Below, piece by piece: positions 7,946 through 13,378 of a stretch of DNA of 13,378 bases. The number at the start of each line of letters is the position of its first letter. Position 1 is the first letter of the stretch. The notes beneath the pieces are model-generated. The model saw nothing but the letters and a program-made list of their open reading frames with translations, ran no database searches and was not told the origin of the DNA. Made by a program: the position numbers and the translations under genes. Source of the DNA: a virus. Location: UHGV virus genome UHGV-1734134; one strand, 5' to 3'.

Positions 7946-8653
7946 ATGGATTTGAATAAATTCGATGAGCCATTCAGCCCTGAAGATATCGAATGGCGAA
8001 TACAGCAAAGCGGTAAAACACGCGATGGCAAAGTGTGGGCTATGGTGCTGGCTTATGTCACGAACCGGGCAATCATGAAACGCCTGGACGATGTTTGCGG
8101 CAAAGCAGGATGGCGCAATGAATACCGCGATATTCCCAACAACGGAGGCGTTGAATGCGGCATATCAATCAGGATTGATTCCGAATGGGTAACCAAATGG
8201 GATGCTGCTGAAAACACGCAGGTAGAAGCCGTCAAAGGTGGTCGTTCAGGTGCAATGAAGCGTGCTGCCGTTCAGTGGGGAATCGGTCGGTATCTGTATA
8301 ACCTTGAGGAAGGTTTCGCACAAACATCTCTCGATAAAAAGCAGGGATGGCACAGGGCAAAACTCAAGGATGGAACAGGATTTTACTGGCTCCCTCCATC
8401 GCTGCCGGGATGGGCAATCCCAGCATCAGATAACAAACCATCACCAGAAAATACCAACCAGAAATCTCCATCGGTTGACTGCGAGCAAATCCTGAAAGAC
8501 TTCAGCGATTATGCGTCAACAGAAACTGACAAGAAAAAACTCATCGAGCGTTATCAGCGTGACTGGCAATTAATGGCTGGCAACGAGGAGGCGCAGGCTA
8601 AATGCGTTCAGGTAATGAACATCAGAGTTAACGAACTAAAACAGGCGGCATAA
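7946..8653 (+). CDS. Single-strand annealing protein, Rad52/Rad22 (Sak-like) family
   Basis: 235 aa with GAGGTG upstream. The core ...GGVECGISIRID...GGRSGAMKRAAVQWGIGRYLYNL is characteristic of the Rad52/22 annealase fold. Sits in the position lambda uses for bet. Confidence 0.75.
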   Translation: MDLNKFDEPFSPEDIEWRIQQSGKTRDGKVWAMVLAYVTNRAIMKRLDDVCGKAGWRNEYRDIPNNGGVECGISIRIDSEWVTKWDAAENTQVEAVKGGRSGAMKRAAVQWGIGRYLYNLEEGFAQTSLDKKQGWHRAKLKDGTGFYWLPPSLPGWAIPASDNKPSPENTNQKSPSVDCEQILKDFSDYASTETDKKKLIERYQRDWQLMAGNEEAQAKCVQVMNIRVNELKQAA

Positions 8654-9121
8654 ATGTCTCACTTGGACGGAATTATTAAAAGATTCGAGTCCAGCTACAA
8701 AGTTAATGAAACAACAGGTTGCTGGGAGTCTACCTATTCAAAAAACAAAGGAGGATACACAAAATTTGTAGCCTTTGGCGTAACAATGCTTTCTCATCGG
8801 GTTGCTTTTGAGCTTTATCACTCCCCCATTCCATCTGGGAAGATGGTTTGCCACAAATGCGATAACCCATGCTGCGTTAATCCTGAACATCTCTTTTTAG
8901 GTAGCGCGCAAGAAAACATGGACGACAAGATAGCAAAAGGAAGGCATCGTGGAGCCAAAAAAGGTCATGCTCATCATGGTGCAAAATTAACAGAGTGGCA
9001 GGTTATAGAAATTAGGAAAAGACTCTCTGAAAAAGAGAGTCAGTACAAGATAGCAAAAGACATGGGTGTATCTCAATCAATTATAAGCAACATAAAAATT
9101 GGCAAGAGGTGGAGCAAATGA
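8654..9121 (+). CDS. HNH homing-type endonuclease
   Basis: 155 aa. HNH motif [15 protein letters not shown]..., with a C-terminal basic helix-rich region ([13 protein letters not shown]) typical of the DNA-binding tail of HNH homing endonucleases. Lower GC. Wedged between the annealase and SSB with abutting start and stop codons. Confidence 0.8.
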   Translation: MSHLDGIIKRFESSYKVNETTGCWESTYSKNKGGYTKFVAFGVTMLSHRVAFELYHSPIPSGKMVCHKCDNPCCVNPEHLFLGSAQENMDDKIAKGRHRGAKKGHAHHGAKLTEWQVIEIRKRLSEKESQYKIAKDMGVSQSIISNIKIGKRWSK

Positions 9122-9633
9122 GTTCTCGCGGGATAAATAAGGTGATCATTATTGGTCGCCTTGGGCATGATCCAGAAATCAGATATTCACCATCAGGAAC
9201 GGCATTTGCAAACCTTACAGTTGCTACGTCAGAACAATGGCGTGATAAGCAAACTGGAGAGCAAAAGGAGCATACGGAGTGGCACCGTGTGGTAATGAGC
9301 GGGAAACTGGCAGAAATTGCCAGCGAGTATCTGCGGAAAGGCTCAGAGGTTTATCTTGAAGGCAAATTGCGGACAAGAAAATGGCAGGATCAAAGTGGAC
9401 AGGATCGGTTCACTACCGAAGTCATCGTAGGCGTTGGTGGAACCATGCAAATGCTTGGTGGCAAGCAAGGAGGAAATGAACAGTCTTCTCCTCAGCGAAA
9501 TAACGGTCAGCAACAAAGACAGCAACCTCAGCAGCAGGGAAATCACAGCGAACCACCTATGGAGTTTGACGACGATATACCATTTGCGCCAGTAACTCTC
9601 CCCTTCCCTCGTCACGCTATTCACGCAATTTAA
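9118..9633 (+). CDS. ssb: Single-stranded DNA-binding protein (SSB) with an extended C-terminus
   Basis: ATG at 9118 overlaps the HNH stop (ATGA). The OB-fold N-terminus ([20 protein letters not shown]...TEWHRVV...) and Gly/Gln-rich linker are typical. The canonical DDDIPF tail is followed by 15 more residues ([15 protein letters not shown]). Confidence 0.9.
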   Translation: MSSRGINKVIIIGRLGHDPEIRYSPSGTAFANLTVATSEQWRDKQTGEQKEHTEWHRVVMSGKLAEIASEYLRKGSEVYLEGKLRTRKWQDQSGQDRFTTEVIVGVGGTMQMLGGKQGGNEQSSPQRNNGQQQRQQPQQQGNHSEPPMEFDDDIPFAPVTLPFPRHAIHAI

Positions 9634-9646
9634 TCAGGAGAAAATC

Positions 9647-9940
9647 ATGCCAGCGCCTCTGTATGGTGCGGACGACGTGCGCCGCTGTTCCGGCAATTCC
9701 GTATCGGAGGTGCTGGATAAATTCAGAAAAAACTACGACCTGATAATGTCGCTACCGCAGGAAACGAAAGAGGAAAAGGAATTTCGTCATTGTATATGGC
9801 TTGCAGAGAAAGAAGAACGCGAGCGAATTTACCAGACATCAATCCGACCATTCCGCAAAGCCACATATACCCACTTCCCTGAAATTGACCCGCGCCTGCG
9901 TAATTACCGCTCACGCTATGGCGCTATCAGTAATGACTGA
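9647..9940 (+). CDS. Hypothetical phage protein (97 aa)
   Basis: ATG with CAGGAG upstream. No recognisable motif. Confidence 0.6.
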   Translation: MPAPLYGADDVRRCSGNSVSEVLDKFRKNYDLIMSLPQETKEEKEFRHCIWLAEKEERERIYQTSIRPFRKATYTHFPEIDPRLRNYRSRYGAISND

Positions 9941-9950
9941 GGAATTTACC

Positions 9951-10115
9951 ATGAGAGGACTTGCATACAATCCCGGCATTCTTCCGGCAGAAATGATTAT
10001 TCGCCAACGCGTAAAGCCAATGCCATCGAGAGAGGAATTGCTTAAAAGGAAGAGTTTCGGTTCTGTTAATGACAACAAATATCTTAATGCGATGTGGCGG
10101 AGTGGGAAGAAATGA
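9951..10115 (+). CDS. Small hypothetical protein (54 aa)
   Basis: ATG at 9951 with GAGGAA upstream. The track's longer ORF from 9801 overlaps the previous gene. Confidence 0.45.
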   Translation: MRGLAYNPGILPAEMIIRQRVKPMPSREELLKRKSFGSVNDNKYLNAMWRSGKK

Positions 10116-10594
10116 AACAAATGTCACTAATTGAGATGGATGGTTTTCTGAAAGGTAAATGCATCCCGCGAGATTTAAAGGTTAACGAAACAAACGCTGA
10201 ATATCTGGTGCGTAAATTTGCTGAAGCGGAGGCCAAGATTTCGGCTCTGTACGAAGACCAGCAGAGAGCGATTGAGTCAATTAAGCAAGCTGATTCGGCT
10301 GTTAAGTTGGCACACGAGAAGTTTTCAGCGCTGGCGGCGGAGAATGCGGGGCTGAAACATGCAATGGCTGTAACTCTTGAGCATGTGTCGGTCACGGATG
10401 CAGGGCAGGCCGGAGTTGCTGCAATGATTATCAACGATGCCCTGCACCACAGCGAAACTCCAGCCACCGACGCCTTCCTGGCTGAAGTGCGGGCTCAGGG
10501 TGTGGAGATGTTTGCGGAGTGTGCATACACACTTGAACATCATGATCACGCAGTAGCTTTTGCCGCCGAGCTACGCAAAGGAGGCAACCAGTGA
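10112..10594 (+). CDS. Hypothetical phage protein with a coiled-coil region (160 aa)
   Basis: ATG at 10112 overlaps the previous stop (ATGA). Heptad-like segment [23 protein letters not shown]... The GTG at 10094 is an alternative start. Confidence 0.6.
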   Translation: MKQMSLIEMDGFLKGKCIPRDLKVNETNAEYLVRKFAEAEAKISALYEDQQRAIESIKQADSAVKLAHEKFSALAAENAGLKHAMAVTLEHVSVTDAGQAGVAAMIINDALHHSETPATDAFLAEVRAQGVEMFAECAYTLEHHDHAVAFAAELRKGGNQ

Positions 10595-11184
10595 GCAAGA
10601 TTGACTATCAGGCACTGCGTGAGGCAGCAGAAGCAATAAAAGTCGTGGCAACGCCGCAAAAATTGCTTGCGTTTCGTATGAAGGTCACACCGCAGGTTGT
10701 GCTGGCGCTACTGGATGAACGGGAAAGAAACCAGCAATACATCAAACGCCGCGACCAGGAGAACGAGGATATTGCGCTTACGGTTGGGAAGCTGCGCGTT
10801 GAGCTGGAAGGCAAAGACAGCAAAATAGCCAATCTTACCGCCGAACGCGATGCTCTTCGTGAAGGTGAGATGGGCGACGCTAGGCATAGCAACACACGGG
10901 CCGCAGCTGATATCTACTTCCAACTGGTCGAGGAATGCGAAATTCCTGCTGGCGGATCTCTGGTCGAGTACGTTGACGATATGCGCGAGAAGCTGGAAGC
11001 CGCAGAGAAGCGCATTGCAGAACTGTCTGCTAGCCACAGCAAATTGCGCGACACAATGGCTGGCATCCACAACACAATCCGAATGGATGGCGGCTATACG
11101 CCACTGGCAGCAATCCTTAACGCTGCTAAACGCGCATATGAAGAATCAGCAAGCGCAGCTGGCATTCGCATCAAAGGAGAGTGA
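10591..11184 (+). CDS. Hypothetical coiled-coil protein, possibly Ead/Ea22-like (197 aa)
   Basis: GTG start with a strong AAGGAGG RBS at 6 nt spacing; overlaps the upstream stop (GTGA). Coiled-coil-rich. The family assignment is a guess from position and composition. Confidence 0.6.
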   Translation: MSKIDYQALREAAEAIKVVATPQKLLAFRMKVTPQVVLALLDERERNQQYIKRRDQENEDIALTVGKLRVELEGKDSKIANLTAERDALREGEMGDARHSNTRAAADIYFQLVEECEIPAGGSLVEYVDDMREKLEAAEKRIAELSASHSKLRDTMAGIHNTIRMDGGYTPLAAILNAAKRAYEESASAAGIRIKGE

Positions 11185-11185
11185 T

Positions 11186-11395
11186 ATGGCTATTGCCGCA
11201 AGTTACACCATGCATCTCTATTGTGACTGCCGCCAGTGTACGGAAGGTGTATATCCAGTGCCAGACTTCGGTGAGTATATCGGTACGTCATGGTCTGGTT
11301 GTGCAAAAGAGGCGCGCAAGGATGGCTGGCGAATAAGCAAAGACAAAACGCGTGCTTTTGCGCCCGGGCATAAAGTTTTGAGGATTAACAAATGA
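11186..11395 (+). CDS. Small Cys-rich protein (69 aa), possible zinc-binding
   Basis: ATG at 11186 with AAGGAG upstream. CDCRQC...C cysteine cluster. The track's longer out-of-register ORF from 10850 is unlikely. Confidence 0.55.
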   Translation: MAIAASYTMHLYCDCRQCTEGVYPVPDFGEYIGTSWSGCAKEARKDGWRISKDKTRAFAPGHKVLRINK

Positions 11396-12681
11396 CCACT
11401 ATTACCAGAGAACAAGCTCTGAAAATTATTGAGGCAGCCGATGAGGTTATTAGTGCGCTTGCCGGAACTAACGAGGATGTTCACCCTGGTAGCGATAACA
11501 TGCTACGCCTGTGGGATGACCTGAATGACCGTTACGCGCCGCCGGAAGTTGTGCGTGAGCTGGCACGGATTGCACTGGCCTCGCTTGAGGCAGAGCCAGT
11601 TGGTGCATTCCACATTGCTGAACAGCAAGTTGACGGCACAAGTGACTATCTCAAGGATGGAGAATGGCCTATTGATAATGGGATTATTGAAGCCTACGCC
11701 GCTCCGCCAGTACCGGTAGTACCTGCTGCATTACCTGAGAACGACGATGAGGACGGGCATGACATTGATTATCTTGAGCCATCTGAAGTTTACGCGCTTG
11801 GGCGAACAGCTGGCTGGAACGCCTGCCGCGCCGCCATGCTTCAGTCCGGAAACTTTCGGGAAAATAAGAATTCGTCAACCAATAATTTTCGGGAAATCGC
11901 GGAAACGTCAACCAACTATCCGGTAATTCCTAGTGAGGTGTTGTCCGCAATCCTGAAGGTTGCCAAGATTCGTGCCGATTTCGATGATTTTGACGGCGAC
12001 AGACGAGGTATCGGTGATTGTCTGGATGAGGCTGAGCAAGAGCTTATCGTTACCATTAACAAATATGCCAGTCAGTTGGCAGCAGAACCGATAGCGACTA
12101 ATGACGTTCGAGAGCAGCAGACAGCCGTTCCGCCAGTTCCGGAAATACAGGCTGATGTCGGGCAGTCAATTGAAAAACTCAAACGGAAATTAGTGGAATG
12201 CAATCGCTATAACTACTGCGCAGATGCAGTTAAGGGCGTTGAGTATGCCTGCCACGCTGCCATGCTTCAGGGTAGCCAACCTGTAAGCCAAACTTACAAG
12301 TTTCCAGTTAATACACCTTGCCAGGATGCGCCAGCCCATATCTGGCTGCAAACAGCTGGAGTATGGCCAGAAGATGGCGAGTTAAGCGAATTAACGTGGT
12401 GCAGCCACAATCAGCACCATGATGACACGCTATATGTTCGAGCTGACTTGGTAAATGGCAATTCTCCGGTAACTCCGGATGGTTGGATAAGCTGTAGTGA
12501 TCGAATGCCGGAAGACACCAAAATGTTACTGGCATTTAGTCAAGGTGAAATCGTGGCAGCATATTGGAACTGGGTTGTAAATCCAATTGATTACAAAAAA
12601 TATAGAGCTTTCACGTATTTATCAGGAAATATCTTGGATGACGTAACTCACTGGATGCCGCTACCAGAGCCTCCACTTTGA
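11392..12681 (+). CDS. DUF551 domain-containing phage protein (429 aa)
   Basis: The C-terminus WISCSDRMPEDTKMLLAF...VTHWMPLPEPP matches the DUF551 signature as I recall it. ATGA overlap with the upstream gene. Contains an internal repeated motif (see findings). Confidence 0.8.
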   Translation: MTTITREQALKIIEAADEVISALAGTNEDVHPGSDNMLRLWDDLNDRYAPPEVVRELARIALASLEAEPVGAFHIAEQQVDGTSDYLKDGEWPIDNGIIEAYAAPPVPVVPAALPENDDEDGHDIDYLEPSEVYALGRTAGWNACRAAMLQSGNFRENKNSSTNNFREIAETSTNYPVIPSEVLSAILKVAKIRADFDDFDGDRRGIGDCLDEAEQELIVTINKYASQLAAEPIATNDVREQQTAVPPVPEIQADVGQSIEKLKRKLVECNRYNYCADAVKGVEYACHAAMLQGSQPVSQTYKFPVNTPCQDAPAHIWLQTAGVWPEDGELSELTWCSHNQHHDDTLYVRADLVNGNSPVTPDGWISCSDRMPEDTKMLLAFSQGEIVAAYWNWVVNPIDYKKYRAFTYLSGNILDDVTHWMPLPEPPL

Positions 12682-12777
12682 AAGCGAAGCTTATACATAT
12701 CTTTTACATCAGCAATCTATTGTTAATCTCCAATCAATGTTACGTTGTCATCTCACTCATGCTTTGGAGGTAGTGAT

Positions 12778-12957
12778 ATGTCTTGTCCAAAATGCGGTTC
12801 TGGAAATATTGCAAAAGAAAAAACAATGCGTGGATGGTCTGATGATTATGTGTGCTGCGATTGCGGATACAACGACTCTAAAGACGCATTTGGAGAGCGT
12901 GGTAAAAACGAGTTTGTTAAAATTAATAAAGAACGCGAAGGTAACGAAAAAAGCTAA
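12778..12957 (+). CDS. Small zinc-ribbon protein (59 aa)
   Basis: ATG at 12778 with GGAGGT upstream. CPKCGSG...CCDCG double CxxC pair. Low GC. Confidence 0.5.
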   Translation: MSCPKCGSGNIAKEKTMRGWSDDYVCCDCGYNDSKDAFGERGKNEFVKINKEREGNEKS

Positions 12958-13020
12958 TTTATTTATTCATATATGAAAACAATGTAACCAATATTCGAAT
13001 TGAAGAACTGAAAGAACACC

Positions 13021-13043
13021 AAGCCGCCTGATGGCGGTTTTTT
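13021..13043 (+). terminator. Rho-independent terminator closing the PL-side operon
   Basis: Stem CCGCC/GGCGG (extendable with one mismatch) with loop TGAT, followed by TTTTTT. Confidence 0.6.
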
Positions 13044-13053
13044 ATTACCTGAT

Positions 13054-13069
13054 TTGCAGGTTCGATTCC
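13054..13069 (+). other. 16-nt fragment matching the T-arm region of tRNA-Arg (argW-type); not an intact tRNA
   Basis: TTGCAGGTTCGATTCC matches the T-stem/loop segment of E. coli tRNA-Arg(CCU) as I recall it (...AATTGCAGGTTCGATTCCTGCAGGGGACACCA). The match breaks after 16 nt. Confidence 0.4.
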
Positions 13070-13088
13070 CTATTCGGAGATAGCACTC

Positions 13089-13289
13089 ATGCAACACGAA
13101 CTACAGCCTGATTCCCTGGTTGATTTGAAATTCATCATGGCCGATACTGGCTTCGGTAAAACCTTCATCTATGACCGGATTAAGTCCGGAGACCTGCCTA
13201 AAGCCAAAGTTATCCACGGGCGAGCAAGATGGTTATATCGTGACCATTGTGAATTCAAAAATAAGCTCTTAAGCCGCGCCAATGGGTAA
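13089..13289 (+). CDS. torI: TorI-like excisionase / recombination directionality factor
   Basis: 66 aa with GGAG upstream. MQHELQPDSLVDLKFIMADTGFGKTFIYDRIKSGDLPKAKVIHGRARWLYRDHCEF... matches my recollection of E. coli TorI, the excisionase of the KplE1/CPS-53 prophage. Lies next to the att core. Confidence 0.75.
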   Translation: MQHELQPDSLVDLKFIMADTGFGKTFIYDRIKSGDLPKAKVIHGRARWLYRDHCEFKNKLLSRANG

Positions 13290-13362
13290 AATAGCGGGTA
13301 AAATATTTCTCACATCTAAAAAACATCATTCCAATCAATCCCCTGCCGCTTCAAGTAGATGT

Positions 13363-13378
13363 CTGCAGGGGACACCAT
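13363..13378 (+). other. Prophage att core (attR-type) identical to the 3' end of tRNA-Arg
   Basis: CTGCAGGGGACACCAT. The first 15 nt equal the 3' acceptor end and CCA of tRNA-Arg(CCU), and I recall this 16-mer as the KplE1 att core. A 7-bp inverted repeat CCCCTGC/GCAGGGG (13340-13346 and 13365-13371) flanks it. The window ends here. Confidence 0.6.

Noticed and set aside
10084-11070. Minus-strand ORFs (10084-10467, 10325-10549, 10608-10895, 10708-11070) and the plus-strand 10850-11395 ORF
   Set aside because: All overlap the well-supported, operon-packed plus-strand genes on the wrong strand or frame. They have Ala/Ser/Cys-rich low-complexity products and no RBS.
12737-12976. 79-aa plus-strand ORF overlapping the zinc-ribbon gene in another frame
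   Set aside because: No RBS, and it overlaps the zinc-ribbon ORF, which has a GGAGGT RBS and a clear CxxC...CxC motif.
13054-13069. Possible intact tRNA gene near the right end
   Set aside because: Only a 16-nt T-arm-like fragment and, separately, a 15-16-nt 3' end are present. There is no D-arm, anticodon arm or 5' acceptor strand, so these are att-site remnants.

Overview
This window reads as the early/immunity region of a lambdoid prophage, oriented so the rightward (PR) operon runs on the minus strand and the leftward (PL) operon on the plus strand. Order, left to right: ninE (partial) and ninB; three small genes; a terminator; a DnaB-type replicative helicase; an O-like replication initiator with an embedded iteron/AT-rich origin; cII; nutR; cro; three 14-bp ACAA-N6-TTGT operators (phage-434-type OR); a 434-like cI; a translationally coupled secreted-protein gene in the 'rex' position; three OL operators and PL; a lambda-type nutL; N; an AT-rich two-gene cassette; stacked terminators; cIII-like and kil-like genes; a Rad52-type annealase; an HNH endonuclease; SSB; a run of small accessory genes including a DUF551 protein; a TorI-like excisionase; and a 16-bp att core matching a tRNA-Arg 3' end at the window edge. 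No integrase, rRNA, intact tRNA or CRISPR array is present. Protein identifications come from my recall of family sequences and motifs, not from searches. The strongest candidates for an undescribed lysogen-expressed function are the secreted protein co-transcribed with cI (5171-5575) and the cassette after N (6377-7195); neither could be assigned a function from sequence alone.
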